DNA from: Terriglobia bacterium
GTDB taxonomy: Bacteria; Acidobacteriota; Terriglobia; 2-12-FULL-54-10
Reading direction: 5' to 3'
Length of the DNA: 64,000 bases
NCBI GenBank assembly: GCA_963666975.2
Contig: CAXVYR010000003.1
Location: 256,001-320,000 of the forward strand
The notes beneath the pieces are model-generated. The model searched no databases. It saw only the letters and a program-made list of their open reading frames with translations, and had not been told where the DNA came from. This document shows positions 11,301 through 21,899 of the stretch, piece after piece. Numbering within the stretch: position 1 is the stretch's first letter; the number at the start of each line of letters is the position of its first letter. The position numbers were made by a program, and so were the translations under genes.

Positions 11301-11544
11301 GGAGAATTTGAATTAGGGGCCGAAGCATCGGAATCTTCGCAAGAATCGGAAGAATATGATTGCCTCACCGCTTTGCCTGGAGAAAAATCGACTTGTAGAA
11401 GCCTGCGCGGGGGGAGGAAAAAGGACGGTGCGTTGTAAAAGCAAAATAAATTTTATGCAAAACAAAGCCAAAAAAGCCACTAACTCATTCGGAATCATAA
11501 GGGGGTCTTCCGGCAATGGCTAAATCAAACCCACGGAGAGGGGG

Positions 11545-13407
11545 TTGGAAATAGCTTCTAAGACACAAATTCCGGGCGGCAGCTTCCTGATCGAAGAACG
11601 CCTTCCGGAGGAGATATTCACTCCTGAGGATTTCACCGAGCAACACCGCCTCATTGCCGAGACCGCAGAGCAGTTCATGCGCAACGAAGTCCTGCCGCGG
11701 TGGGAGCGGATCGAGCGCCAGGAACCAGGGCTGACCCCCGAACTTTTACGCCAAGCCGGCGAGCTGGGCCTGCTCTCCATCGACATCCCGGAGCGGTACG
11801 GCGGCACGGAGATGGACAAGGTTTCCTCGGCCATCGTGGTCGAGCGATTCGCGCAGTACGCTTCCTTCCTCGCCTCGCATGGCGCCCACTCCGTGATTGG
11901 CACGCTGCCCATCGTCTTTTTCGGAAACGAGGAGCAGAAGAAAAAGTATTTGCCGCGCCTGGCCACAGGCGAGATGATCGCCGCGTATTGCCTCAGCGAG
12001 GCGGAGGCGGGCTCGGACGCGCTTTCCATCCGCGCCCGCGCCGCGCTTTCCCCGGACGGGAAACACTACCTGCTCAACGGCGAAAAGATGTGGATCACCA
12101 ACGCCGGCTTCGCTGATCTGTTTATTGTTTTCGCCAAGGTGGACGGGGAAAAATTCAGTTGCTTCATCGTCGAGAAAGACTTCCCGGGTGTTGCGACCGG
12201 GGCGGAAGAAAAGAAGCTGGGGATCAAAGGTTCCTCCACCCGCGCCGTGATTTTGGAGGACGCGCAGGTCCCGGCGGAAAACCTCCTCGGAGAGGTTGGC
12301 CGGGGACACGTGGTCGCCTTCAACATTCTCAACGTGGGCCGCTTTCGGCTGGCTACCGGTTGCATCGGCGGGGCCAAGCAGGCCTTGCAGCACGCCGCCG
12401 GATACGCCAGCCAGCGCCGGGCGTTCGGGAAGGCTATCGCGCAATTCGGCCTCATTCAGGAAAAACTGGCGGAGATGGCCACGCGCATCTATGCCGGAGA
12501 ATGCATGATCTACCGCACAGCAGGCCTCATCGATCCGCTGCTCGCTGCGGCCAGCCCGGATTCCCCCCAGTACGGTGCCGAGGTCCGGCAAGCCATCGAG
12601 GAGTATGCCGTGGAGTGCTCCATCGACAAGGTCTATTGCAGCGAGATTCTGGATTACGTGACCGATGAGTGCGTGCAGATTTACGGCGGTTACGGCTACC
12701 ATCAGGACTACCCGGCCGAGCGCGCCTATCGTGACGCGCGCATCAACCGCATTTTCGAAGGCACGAGCGAGATCAACCGGCTGCTGATCACCGGCATGTT
12801 GCTGAAACGGGCTGCAAGCGGGCGGCTGGGGTTACACGCAGCCATCGAGGGCCTGCTTCGGGAGCCGTCCGACCCGGAACGAAGCGCCGCAGAGAAATGC
12901 ACCGACGGTGTCGGCCTGCTGGCAGAAGAGAAACGCGTGGTGGCGGCGATTAAAAAGACAGCCTTGCTGGTGGCCGGAGTAGCGTATCAGAAGTTTGCAG
13001 ACTCACTGGCCGATCAACAGGAAATCACAGCGGCTATCTCCGACATCGTGATGGAAGCCTTCGCCACCGAATCTGCCTTGCTGCGGGCCGGGAAGATGGC
13101 CGCCCGGTCCGGCGCCCAGCCGGTCTCCCCTAAGAGGTCTGGTTCGGGTCTCGATGAAAGTCCCCAAACGGTAGATGACAAGACTGCCCATGTCCTGGCC
13201 ATGACACGTCTTTTTCTGCACTCCCGGATGGACTGGGTGGAACAGCGTGCCCGCACCGTCTTGGCTGGGGTTAGTGCGGGAGATGCGCTCCGCCAGCAAC
13301 TATCTACCCTGCAACAAGTTACAAGGCACGAGATGGTGGACACCATCGCTCTGCGCCGCCAAATCGCAACGCGGGTCATCCAGAAAGGCAAGTACGCAGC
13401 AGGGTAA
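11545..13407 (+). CDS. fadE: Acyl-CoA dehydrogenase (long, FadE/ACAD9-like)
   Basis: YCLSEAEAGSD, NGEKMWITN, QIYGGYGY, RIFEGTSEIN; in the fad operon. Confidence 0.92.
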   Translation: MEIASKTQIPGGSFLIEERLPEEIFTPEDFTEQHRLIAETAEQFMRNEVLPRWERIERQEPGLTPELLRQAGELGLLSIDIPERYGGTEMDKVSSAIVVERFAQYASFLASHGAHSVIGTLPIVFFGNEEQKKKYLPRLATGEMIAAYCLSEAEAGSDALSIRARAALSPDGKHYLLNGEKMWITNAGFADLFIVFAKVDGEKFSCFIVEKDFPGVATGAEEKKLGIKGSSTRAVILEDAQVPAENLLGEVGRGHVVAFNILNVGRFRLATGCIGGAKQALQHAAGYASQRRAFGKAIAQFGLIQEKLAEMATRIYAGECMIYRTAGLIDPLLAAASPDSPQYGAEVRQAIEEYAVECSIDKVYCSEILDYVTDECVQIYGGYGYHQDYPAERAYRDARINRIFEGTSEINRLLITGMLLKRAASGRLGLHAAIEGLLREPSDPERSAAEKCTDGVGLLAEEKRVVAAIKKTALLVAGVAYQKFADSLADQQEITAAISDIVMEAFATESALLRAGKMAARSGAQPVSPKRSGSGLDESPQTVDDKTAHVLAMTRLFLHSRMDWVEQRARTVLAGVSAGDALRQQLSTLQQVTRHEMVDTIALRRQIATRVIQKGKYAAG

Positions 13408-13658
13408 ATAAGGCGTTTAGGTGCAACTTTGAGTTATTGCTGCCTCTGCGAGGCTGTAAAATTGTTCCGTTTCCTCCTGGATATCCTGCTATACTCGAAG
13501 CGTTTTGAAGGGTCGGTTTGCTTGAATCCGTGCTGCTCCAGTTTTCTTTCTGCCCTACACGACTCCGGCAAATTCCCAAACGCCGTATCGATGCAGTTTG
13601 TTTTTCGTCGGCTGGCTAGTCCACTCCGCCTTGGCGTTGTGGCAACTTCAAGGAGAAA

Positions 13659-14009
13659 ATGAGAATGAAAAATTTGTTTGTCGGCAACATGAGTTTTGAC
13701 ACAACGGAAGGCGAACTGCGAGCGTTATTTGAACCCTTTGGAGAGATTACGCGCATCCAGGTGATCACAGACCGTGACACGGGCCGGCCCCGCGGTTTTG
13801 CTTTCGTGGAGATGACCAATGACGAGGAAGCAACCCAGGCCATGCGCACGATGGCGCTGGACGGAAAAGAGGTAGGCGGCCGCGCCCTGAAGGTAAATGA
13901 AGCGCGTCCCCGGCCGGAGCGCAGCAGGTCGTTCGGCGAAGGGGGAGGCGGGGGAGGCCGTGGTGGTGGTGGCGGCGGCGGGCGCTTCAAGCGCGAACCG
14001 CGCTGGTAG
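13659..14009 (+). CDS. RNA-binding protein (RRM) with Gly-rich tail
   Basis: LFVGNM (RNP2), RGFAFVEM (RNP1), GRALKVNEARP. Confidence 0.92.
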   Translation: MRMKNLFVGNMSFDTTEGELRALFEPFGEITRIQVITDRDTGRPRGFAFVEMTNDEEATQAMRTMALDGKEVGGRALKVNEARPRPERSRSFGEGGGGGGRGGGGGGGRFKREPRW

Positions 14010-14149
14010 TTGGTTATCGATAGAACGGACTCTTCGTGCTATCGGTTTGTTCCCTGCAAGATTCCAGGGCTATGCCTGTTCAGGCGTAGCCCTTTCTCGC
14101 AAGATCGTTGTGTCGCTTCTCGCTTTTCCATCCATAACACATCAGCAGG

Positions 14150-14620
14150 CTAGGCACCGAGCGGACGGCGCAGCAGGAAGAGTTGTCCCAGGTGATAGGC
14201 ATTGTGATCGGCTACCAGCAGGACTTCCCGGAGGATGGTCTGTCCCTCGCCGTGCGGGATGGGGGCAAGCAAGTTGGTTGACGGGTTCATGACGAGCTTC
14301 TCGATGGCCTTGAGGTCTCTGCGAAAGGCTTTGATGCTTCTCTCCCAAGCGTTCTTGTCAGGAGGGGCGTCGCCTGGAGGCCAAAGGCCCTCCGGAAATT
14401 GGGGGGAAACGTGCTTGCTGTTGCGGCTGAACTCGAGGATGTCCCACTGGGCGATCCGCATGTGCTCCAGCAGTTGCCAGGCTGTATGCGGCATCCCGGA
14501 TGGTCTTCTCCCCCGCAGCCTGACGGGCCATCCGCCGATCACTGTATCGAAGTCAAGATGGGCGTCGCGGCTGCCGAGCAGGCTCAGAAGATGCTGGCGC
14601 AAGGCACGGTCGTTCTTCAT
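14150..14620 (-). CDS. DinB-family protein
   Basis: C-terminal 156 aa of the long track ORF ([12 protein letters not shown]…): [17 protein letters not shown]…HNAYHLGQ His motifs. Confidence 0.85.
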   Translation of the reverse strand: MKNDRALRQHLLSLLGSRDAHLDFDTVIGGWPVRLRGRRPSGMPHTAWQLLEHMRIAQWDILEFSRNSKHVSPQFPEGLWPPGDAPPDKNAWERSIKAFRRDLKAIEKLVMNPSTNLLAPIPHGEGQTILREVLLVADHNAYHLGQLFLLRRPLGA

Positions 14621-14631
14621 ATTTACGATCC

Positions 14632-15882
14632 CTAAAGCTTCTTGATCCCGCTGTTCGACAGCAAAAAGCCAATCCCCGTAGATCCCAGCACTACACTTCC
14701 CGCCACCAGCGCCCACGTCGGGCCGATGCGTGTCGCCAGAAAACCGATCGCCAAACTGCCCAGAGGCATCCCGCCGCGGAATGCCAGCATGAAAATGCTC
14801 ATCACCCGGCCGCGCATCTCCTCCGTGGTAGCCATTTGCACCAGGGAAGTGATGGAGGCGAACAGGGTAATCAGGCAGACGCCTCCGAGAAACAATGCCG
14901 CATAACTCAGCGCCAGGTTCCGTGAAAGGGCGAAGGTGGCGAGCAGCACGGCAAAGGCGATTTGCACCCGCAGGGCCAGCCGTCCGTGTCCCAGCCTGTG
15001 CGACATTCCTGCATACAGCAGAGCGCCGGTGATGGCGCCGGCTCCGGAGGTGGCCATCATGCTGGAATAGCCGAGGGCGCCCATGCCGAAAATGTCCCTG
15101 GCGAAAACCGGCAGCAGCGTCATCAGGGGAATCCCGCAGAACGTGCTGATGAAGCCCAGCACGCTCAGTTGCCAGAGCGAACCGCGGCTCCGGACAAAAG
15201 AAAATCCGTTGCGCATTCCCGTCAGGACCGATTCTTCCGTCTTTTGGGGAGTGAAGGTGGCGCGGATCAGATACAGGCTGACGATGACCGCAAGAAACGA
15301 AAGGCCATTGAGCGCAAAACAAAAAGCGGCTCCCGCCGCGGCCAGCGTGATGCCCGCCAGCAACGGTCCGATCGTGCGCGCCAAGTTGAATTGAATGGAG
15401 TTCAGGGCGATGGCGTTGGGGACGTCCTCGCGCTTGACCAAGCCCGGTATCAGCGCCATATAGGCGGGCCCGCCGAACGATTGCCCGGTTCCGACCACAA
15501 ACACCAGCGCCAGCATGTGCCAGACGCGCAGCCAGCCGAGCAGCACCAGCGCGGTAAGGATAATGGCGCAGCTCATCTGTACGTACTGCGATCCCAGCAG
15601 CAATTTCCTGCGGTCGATGCGGTCGGCCACCACTCCCCCGACCAGCGAAAACAGCAGGATCGGCAAATCGCCCAGGAAAGCAATCAGTCCCAGATAAAAG
15701 GCCGAGCCGGTCATCTCCAGCACCAGCCAGGACTCCGCCACCTTCTGCATCCAGGTGCCGGCTGTGGAAACGAAGGCCCCGGCCCACATCAGGCGAAAAT
15801 CGCGGTAGCGAAGGGCCTGGAACATGCGCCAGAAGACTCCAACGGGTTTCGTGGCGAGTGTAGGAGCGGAGTTTATAGCCAT
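14632..15882 (-). CDS. MFS transporter (MFS_3/EntS-like)
   Basis: About 12 hydrophobic helices, [10 protein letters not shown] motif A, NAIALNS…ARTIGP. Confidence 0.9.
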   Translation of the reverse strand: MAINSAPTLATKPVGVFWRMFQALRYRDFRLMWAGAFVSTAGTWMQKVAESWLVLEMTGSAFYLGLIAFLGDLPILLFSLVGGVVADRIDRRKLLLGSQYVQMSCAIILTALVLLGWLRVWHMLALVFVVGTGQSFGGPAYMALIPGLVKREDVPNAIALNSIQFNLARTIGPLLAGITLAAAGAAFCFALNGLSFLAVIVSLYLIRATFTPQKTEESVLTGMRNGFSFVRSRGSLWQLSVLGFISTFCGIPLMTLLPVFARDIFGMGALGYSSMMATSGAGAITGALLYAGMSHRLGHGRLALRVQIAFAVLLATFALSRNLALSYAALFLGGVCLITLFASITSLVQMATTEEMRGRVMSIFMLAFRGGMPLGSLAIGFLATRIGPTWALVAGSVVLGSTGIGFLLSNSGIKKL

Positions 15883-15981
15883 AGCACGCAGACTGCCGCC
15901 TGAACCCTCCCGTGCAACTCTTCAAAAATCGCTGTTCCTGCGGAGCTGAATTCAGGCCGCCCTATTTCTGGTTGGAACTTT

Positions 15982-17283
15982 TCACGCCCCAGCCTGCCAG
16001 ACAATCCGTCCCGCCACGATGGTTGCCACGGGACCGCCGCGCAGGGAGTATCCGTGGAAAGGTGTATTGCGGCTGCGAGAGCAACTCTGGTTGACGTCAA
16101 ATCCCCAGCGCCGCTCGGGGTCAAACAGGGTGATGTCGGCCACGGCGCCCGTCTGTAAGGTGCCCCGGTCCAGACCCGCGATCCGGGCCGGGTTGACCGA
16201 GAACAATTCTACCAGCCTCGTCAGGCCGATGTGCCCGCCGTGCAGCAGACGATCCAATGCCAGGCCCAGCGCGGTTTCAAGCCCCGTGATCCCGAAAGGA
16301 GCCATCTCGAACTCCTGCATTTTTTCGCTGCCGGCATGCGGCGCATGATCGGTGGCGATTGCATCCACGGTGCCGTCGGCAAGGCCTTGGAGCAATGCCT
16401 CGCGATCTTGGCGGCTGCGCAACGGAGGCTTCATCTTGTAGTTGGTGTCGTAGTCCTTCACATCCTCGTCGGTCAGCGTAAAGTGATGGGGCGTCACCTC
16501 GCAGGTGACCGGCAAACCGCGAAGCTTAGCCTGGCGGACCATCTCGAGAGAGGCGGCGGTGGAGAGGTGTGCCACGTGGAAATGCGCTCCGGTTTGGGCT
16601 GCCAGCAAAATGTCGCGTGCCACCATGACATCTTCGGAGGAGGAGCTGATGCCGCGCAGGCCGGAGCGCAGCGCCGCGTACCCCTCGTGCATCAGCCCGT
16701 CCGCGCTGAGGTCGAGGTCCTCGCAATGGTCGATCACCGTTATACCGAGACCACAGGCGTAGGACATGGCCTCGCGCATCAGGTTGCTGTTCATCACGGG
16801 CATCCCGTCGTCGGAGAGGGCTGCGATGCCCGCCTCGCGCATTTCTCCCAGGGGAGCCAGCCGTTGCCCGCGGGAGCCCTCCGAGATCGCCCCCACCGGA
16901 TAGACGTTCACCGGCGACTGCTGCTGGGCCGTCTGAATGATGAAATGGGTCACGGCGGCATTGTCATTGACGGGGCGGGTGTTGGGCATGGCCAGAACGG
17001 AAGTGAACCCTCCGGCAGCCGCTGCGCGTCCGCCGCTCTCGATGGTCTCGGCATGCTCGCGCCCGGGCTCGCGAAGATGCGTATGCAGATCAATCAAGCC
17101 GGGAGCGACCACCAGCCCGGAGGCATCCAGGCGCTGCGCGTCCTCGCTGTTGGCCTGGAGGTTCTGTCCGATCGCGGCCACTCGCCCCTCCCGCACCAGC
17201 AGGTCGGCGGAGCTGTCCATTGCTTGCGAGGGATCGACGATGCGGCCCTTCTGAATCAGTAAGTCTCGATTGGAATCCGGCAT
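15982..17283 (-). CDS. pyrC: Dihydroorotase (type I)
   Basis: DLHTHLREPG, MPNT, EVTPHH, KMKPPLR, ATDHAPH; follows pyrB. Confidence 0.95.
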   Translation of the reverse strand: MPDSNRDLLIQKGRIVDPSQAMDSSADLLVREGRVAAIGQNLQANSEDAQRLDASGLVVAPGLIDLHTHLREPGREHAETIESGGRAAAAGGFTSVLAMPNTRPVNDNAAVTHFIIQTAQQQSPVNVYPVGAISEGSRGQRLAPLGEMREAGIAALSDDGMPVMNSNLMREAMSYACGLGITVIDHCEDLDLSADGLMHEGYAALRSGLRGISSSSEDVMVARDILLAAQTGAHFHVAHLSTAASLEMVRQAKLRGLPVTCEVTPHHFTLTDEDVKDYDTNYKMKPPLRSRQDREALLQGLADGTVDAIATDHAPHAGSEKMQEFEMAPFGITGLETALGLALDRLLHGGHIGLTRLVELFSVNPARIAGLDRGTLQTGAVADITLFDPERRWGFDVNQSCSRSRNTPFHGYSLRGGPVATIVAGRIVWQAGA

Positions 17284-17319
17284 TGCTTCAGTCCTTGGAA
17301 GGAGACCAAATGGGGAACG

Positions 17320-18312
17320 TCAATTTGGTGTCGTACTTTCAGTCTGTTTGTATTCCACTCCGCCCAGGAGCAAATCCAGCACCGCCATGCGCACGGCAAT
17401 GCCGTTTTCCACCTGGTTCAGGATCACGGAGCGGGGAAAATCCGCAACCTCCGAGCTGATCTCCTTGCCTCGGTTGACGGGCCCCGGGTGCATTACGATG
17501 GCATCGGGGCGCGCCGCCTTGAGGTGTTCCAATTGCAAGCCGTAGAAACGAAAATACTCGCTGGCCGAAGAGCTCAGGGAAGCGTTCTGCCTTTCAAGCT
17601 GTACGCGGAGCATCATAATGACGTCGGCATCAGCGATGGCCTCTTCAATTCGAAAGGTGCGGGTCACGGTGGGCGAGAAACACTCGAACTCCCGGGGCAA
17701 CATGGGCGGCGGCCCGCACAACTGCACTTGAGCGCCGAACTTGGTCAAAAGGTGAAGGTTCGACCGCGCCACCCGGCTGTGAACTATGTCCCCGATGATC
17801 GCCACACGCAGCCCCGCCAGCGTGGGTTTGTGATCCAGGATTGTCAAGGCATCGAGCAGCGCCTGTGTGGGATGCTCGTGGGTGCCGTCTCCCGCATTGA
17901 TGATCGGCGTCTCCAGCATCCTTGCCATAAAGTGGGGCGCTCCGGAAGCCGAGTGCCGCATCACGATGGCATTGGGCCGCATCGCCGCCAGGGTGTTCAG
18001 CGTATCGAGCAACGACTCGCCCTTGTCGGCGCTCGACCCCTGGGCGCTGATGCTGATCGTATCCGCGCCCAGACGTTTGGCTGCAATCTCAAACGAGGTG
18101 CGGGTCCGCGTAGAGGATTCGAAAAATAGGTGAATGACCGTTTTGTCCCGCAGCACATCCAGTTTTTTCCCGGTGCGGGCCTCAAGCGGCTGGTAGAACT
18201 TGGCCCGGTCCAGGATTTCCTGGATCTCCTCGCGCGTCAACATTTCAATTCCGAGCAAGCCGCGCCGGTGCATTCTCTCCCTTTGGTGAGCTTTTTCCCC
18301 TGCTTTTTTCAA
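17320..18312 (-). CDS. pyrB: Aspartate carbamoyltransferase catalytic subunit
   Basis: [31 protein letters not shown]. Confidence 0.96.
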   Translation of the reverse strand: MKKAGEKAHQRERMHRRGLLGIEMLTREEIQEILDRAKFYQPLEARTGKKLDVLRDKTVIHLFFESSTRTRTSFEIAAKRLGADTISISAQGSSADKGESLLDTLNTLAAMRPNAIVMRHSASGAPHFMARMLETPIINAGDGTHEHPTQALLDALTILDHKPTLAGLRVAIIGDIVHSRVARSNLHLLTKFGAQVQLCGPPPMLPREFECFSPTVTRTFRIEEAIADADVIMMLRVQLERQNASLSSSASEYFRFYGLQLEHLKAARPDAIVMHPGPVNRGKEISSEVADFPRSVILNQVENGIAVRMAVLDLLLGGVEYKQTESTTPN

Positions 18313-18872
18313 GAAGGCGCTCCCGGTGTCACTTTTTCCAGGACCAAAACCTTCTCCATATTATCTTCTTCCTGGAGCTTTACCTCGATGATCTCATCAT
18401 CGGCTGTTTGGATGCGTTTCCCGATAAAAGAGGCTTCAATCGGCAGTTCTCGGTGGCCCCGGTCGATTAGAGTACAGAGCCGCACCCGCCGGGGGCGGCC
18501 ATGATCAAACAGCGCATCCAGGGCAGCACGGCTCGACCGGCCCGTATAGAGGACATCGTCCACCAGGATGACATCTTTTCCCGCCACTGGGAACGGAATC
18601 TGTGTGGGCTGGACAACCGGCTTGGTGTCCACCGGGGAGAGGTCGTCGCGGTACAGGTGGATGTCCAGGGTGCCCACGGGAATCTGGAGAGAGCAGAGCT
18701 GCTGGATTTTTTGCGCCAAGCGTTCCGCCAAATGAACGCCCCGCCGGCGAATGCCGACCAGCGCCAGGCCTTCCAGGCCGCGCGTCTTCTCCACGATCTC
18801 GTGTGCCAGATGAACCAGAGTGCGGTCAATCTCCGACGCGGTCATGATCTGCGCTTTTTCACGGAGCTGCAT
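18309..18872 (-). CDS. pyrR: Pyrimidine regulator / uracil phosphoribosyltransferase PyrR
   Basis: [34 protein letters not shown]; likely start MQLREK at 18872. Confidence 0.94.
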   Translation of the reverse strand: MQLREKAQIMTASEIDRTLVHLAHEIVEKTRGLEGLALVGIRRRGVHLAERLAQKIQQLCSLQIPVGTLDIHLYRDDLSPVDTKPVVQPTQIPFPVAGKDVILVDDVLYTGRSSRAALDALFDHGRPRRVRLCTLIDRGHRELPIEASFIGKRIQTADDEIIEVKLQEEDNMEKVLVLEKVTPGAPS

Positions 18873-19182
18873 AGACGGAAATGCCTGAATATCGGGGACA
18901 AACGCCATCATACAGAACCCAAGCGGCAGAAGCAAGTCGCGGCCGGAAGCAAGTGACAGGCAGAAGTGAGTCGCAGGAAGAGGTATGTACAGGAAGAGGT
19001 ATGTAATGGTGTGGCGGCTTGCAAAAATCACCGTCTGACAGTAAGATTTTTTTGCCAGCCGCGAAGTTCGTTACGAATCTTTTCCGGGCAAGGCCGTCCC
19101 GCTCGTCCTCACAGCCGGAGGTAATGCCAGCAACACAGTGACGGTCCATGTGGCGGAGTAAACGAATGGGAGGTGATTGCGG

Positions 19183-19656
19183 ATGAACTTCAAAAGGGGC
19201 ATTTTGGCGGGAGCCGTGGCTATGGCGGCGATGATGGCTTTTACGTATCTCGCCCCCCAGATGGGTCTTTATGGCATGAATGTTCCGGTAACGCTCGGAG
19301 GCCTGTTCGTTCTCGACCCGAATGCGGCCTGCTGGCTGGGCCTGACTATGCACCTTGTAATGGGAGTTGTGGTTCTCCCCATTTTTTATGTTGCACTCAT
19401 TGCCCGGTGGCTGCCGGGACCGGCGGCCATTCGCGGGGGGCTTTGGGGAGTGACGCTGTGGGCGCTATGGGCGTTTTTGGGAATGACTATCCTGGCGGCG
19501 GCGCATCCTCAGATTACAGGCGGAATGATGCAGGACCCGGGCCTGCTGATGCAGAACCTCGGGCCGACCGCCGCCGTAGAGAGCTTGCTTTCACACGCTA
19601 TTTACGGCTTGTTCCTGGGCGGAATCAGCGGAAAACAATTGCGTTCCAGGCAGTAA
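19183..19656 (+). CDS. Four-helix membrane protein (DUF2938/DUF6789-like)
   Basis: Four TM segments with conserved-type His residues (MHL..G, SHAIYG). Confidence 0.65.
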   Translation: MNFKRGILAGAVAMAAMMAFTYLAPQMGLYGMNVPVTLGGLFVLDPNAACWLGLTMHLVMGVVVLPIFYVALIARWLPGPAAIRGGLWGVTLWALWAFLGMTILAAAHPQITGGMMQDPGLLMQNLGPTAAVESLLSHAIYGLFLGGISGKQLRSRQ

Positions 19657-19846
19657 CAACAAACAACTCACACCAACCAAACTCCAAGAAAAATCTAGCT
19701 AAGTCACAGGCTGCTTTTGGCCTGAGTTGTAGCCTTATGGCTGCAGCTTTCCGACAGAACTCGGACAGTGGCTACGGAGTGAACGTAGACCGTGAGCTTG
19801 CGAACTCGGCGCTCGGCTGTAGGCCGCGGAAGTTCCCTGTCCCCAA

Positions 19847-19875
19847 TTGCTTTCCCCTCTCCCCTGGTGTAATCT
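19847..19875 (+). promoter_or_regulatory. Shared sigma70-like promoter, copy 1 (TTGCTT-N17-TAATCT)
   Basis: Near-identical motif recurs at 29597, 40498, 57775 and 63016; this copy points at amidohydrolase 20063. Confidence 0.6.
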
Positions 19876-19922
19876 TTCCCCAACAGTTCCAATTGTGCGG
19901 AGGGCAACAACATTCCGCGGAT

Positions 19923-20011
19923 AAACACCTGGGCCTTTTGGAAGCCCTCAGCCCGCAGGTTCAGGATGCATGGGGAAGGTCTATCGTGCCTGGGATACGC
20001 TCCTGGAACGA
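19923..20011 (+). pseudogene. Degenerate 5' stub of a Ser/Thr protein kinase
   Basis: KHLGLLEALSP /frameshift/ GSGCMGKVYRAWDTLLER matches the kinase start pattern LGPYEI..PLGAGGMGEVYRARDTRL.R. Confidence 0.6.
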
Positions 20012-20062
20012 GCGCCATAACCTGCCCGGAAGCCGTTTTCAGCGAAAGGGGAGAAGACCGCT

Positions 20063-21517
20063 ATGAAGTACTTCACTGCTTTGTTCTGCGTTCTGATCTT
20101 TCTAAACTGCTCAGCATCTTTCGCACAGAGGGCAGAGGAAAGAGACGGAGGCCCATCCTTGGTCATTCGAGGGGGAACGCTCATCGATGGTACAGGGGCC
20201 GATCCTGTGGAAAACGCGACGGTTGTTGTTCGCGGCAACAGGATACTGAGCGTCTCTCAAGACACGAGCCAGCCATTACCTCCGGGAGCTCGTTTGATTG
20301 ATGCGGGGGGTAAATACCTGCTTCCCGGCCTGATCGATGGACACACACACTACGCGGGCTATGCCGCACCACTCTACCTTCACTACGGAATCACAACGGT
20401 TATTGATGCAGGAAACATAACCGCGTGGATTCTCGCTCAGAGATGGGCCATCGAACAGCAACTGATTCCCGGACCGAGGATTTACACCGCGGCGTCTCAC
20501 ATTGATAGTCCCCCACTGACCTATGATCACGGCATCCCCGTCGAGTCGGTGGATTCGGCAAGAGCCGCTGTCAGAAGTCAGGTAACACGAGGCGTGGATG
20601 CGATCAAGGTTTATAAAAAACTGCGGCCGAACCTGCTCCGGGCGGTTATCGAAGAAGCGCACCTCAATGGGATTCCCGTAATCGGTCATCTTGCGCTCGA
20701 CGCCAGGGAGGCCGTCTTGATGGGGATTGACTCGCTCGAGCACGCCAGCGGAATTCCCATCGCCACGATGACGGATCGGGAAAAGCTGAAGGAGATCGAA
20801 GAAAAAAGATATACCGATCTGAACTACCTGGTGGACCATGTCACGCTCCCGGAAAGTTTCTATTATATGAAACCCGGGCTGTATGCGGACTTGATCCAAC
20901 TGTTGGTGGAGAAGGGGACTTCCGTGACGCCGACTTTGGTGTGCTACTGGCTGGGAGGCCACGGGTTTTCGAGCCGGTATGAGGAGGAGGACCGAGCTTT
21001 TTTGGCGGACCCTGCATATGACTTTGTCCCCGAATTGGATCGTCTCTGGATTTTCAGGGCCTACGATGAGTTTGGCCGGATCAAGGCGGCTCCAAAATAT
21101 CAGCAGGGGTACCGGAACCTGCAAGCATTCCTGAAGCAATTCGCCCAAGCGGGGGGGAAGATCGTTGCCGGTTCCGATACGACGCCCTACGAGATGTATG
21201 GCGTCAGCCTCCACCGGGAGCTGGAACTTTTGGTCGAGGCGGGGCTGACTCCCATGCAGGCGCTTCTGGGGGCCACCCGGTATGCGGCCGAGAAGTTCCG
21301 AAAATGGGACGAAGTAGGAAGTGTGGAAGCGGGAAAGTACGCGGATGTTCTGATCCTCGATGCCAATCCGCTGGAGGACATCCGGAACACGACGAAAATT
21401 CACATGGTCATTCAAAACGGGAGCATTTTAGATACCCGCCTGGATGGAAATTTCATCGACCAGATTCCGCGTCCACCGAGACCCAAGGAGATGGAGGAGC
21501 GGACCTTTAATGATTAA
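20063..21517 (+). CDS. Secreted amidohydrolase (amidohydro_1-type)
   Basis: Signal peptide; LLPGLIDGHTH, IKVY, GH, EH, AGSD, GSVEAGKYADVLIL. Confidence 0.88.
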   Translation: MKYFTALFCVLIFLNCSASFAQRAEERDGGPSLVIRGGTLIDGTGADPVENATVVVRGNRILSVSQDTSQPLPPGARLIDAGGKYLLPGLIDGHTHYAGYAAPLYLHYGITTVIDAGNITAWILAQRWAIEQQLIPGPRIYTAASHIDSPPLTYDHGIPVESVDSARAAVRSQVTRGVDAIKVYKKLRPNLLRAVIEEAHLNGIPVIGHLALDAREAVLMGIDSLEHASGIPIATMTDREKLKEIEEKRYTDLNYLVDHVTLPESFYYMKPGLYADLIQLLVEKGTSVTPTLVCYWLGGHGFSSRYEEEDRAFLADPAYDFVPELDRLWIFRAYDEFGRIKAAPKYQQGYRNLQAFLKQFAQAGGKIVAGSDTTPYEMYGVSLHRELELLVEAGLTPMQALLGATRYAAEKFRKWDEVGSVEAGKYADVLILDANPLEDIRNTTKIHMVIQNGSILDTRLDGNFIDQIPRPPRPKEMEERTFND

Positions 21518-21899
21518 GTGGTGCGCGTCTTCAGGAGTCAGAATGGCCCGCAATCAGAACCCTGCCAGAGTCCACTGCGGACCTCAGAGCCCTCCGGGCG
21601 GCGGGCCGTGAGGGACGGCCTTCTGATTTCTGGGTCCGGACATCCTCTTTGGCGACGAAGGGAAATCGTTGCTAACAACCCTCAAACAATACCGCCGAGC
21701 TTGCTATTCAATAGCTCGCAATCCATCCCCCCGGCTGTTTTTTGCTGAAATCGCACGGCCCAACTCGCTGCCGGCCGAACACCTGGACAATTGCTACGCC
21801 TTCCGCACCAGAACAGTGCCAGCCTACCCCTTTAACAGCTACAGGCTGTGCTGTAGACTCTTGCTACGAGTGGTAGAAAAATCAAGCTGGTCAATTCGC

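Noticed and set aside
14150-15925. 591-aa minus-strand ORF
   Set aside because: The N-terminal ~430 aa is an alternate frame of the MFS gene; only the DinB part (14150-14620) is credible.
18974-19120. PyrR attenuator; 16-bp tandem repeat CAGGAAGAGGTATGTA x2
   Set aside because: Only a loose CTGTGAGG match near 19107-19114 and no convincing terminator/antiterminator; the repeat looks like simple slippage.
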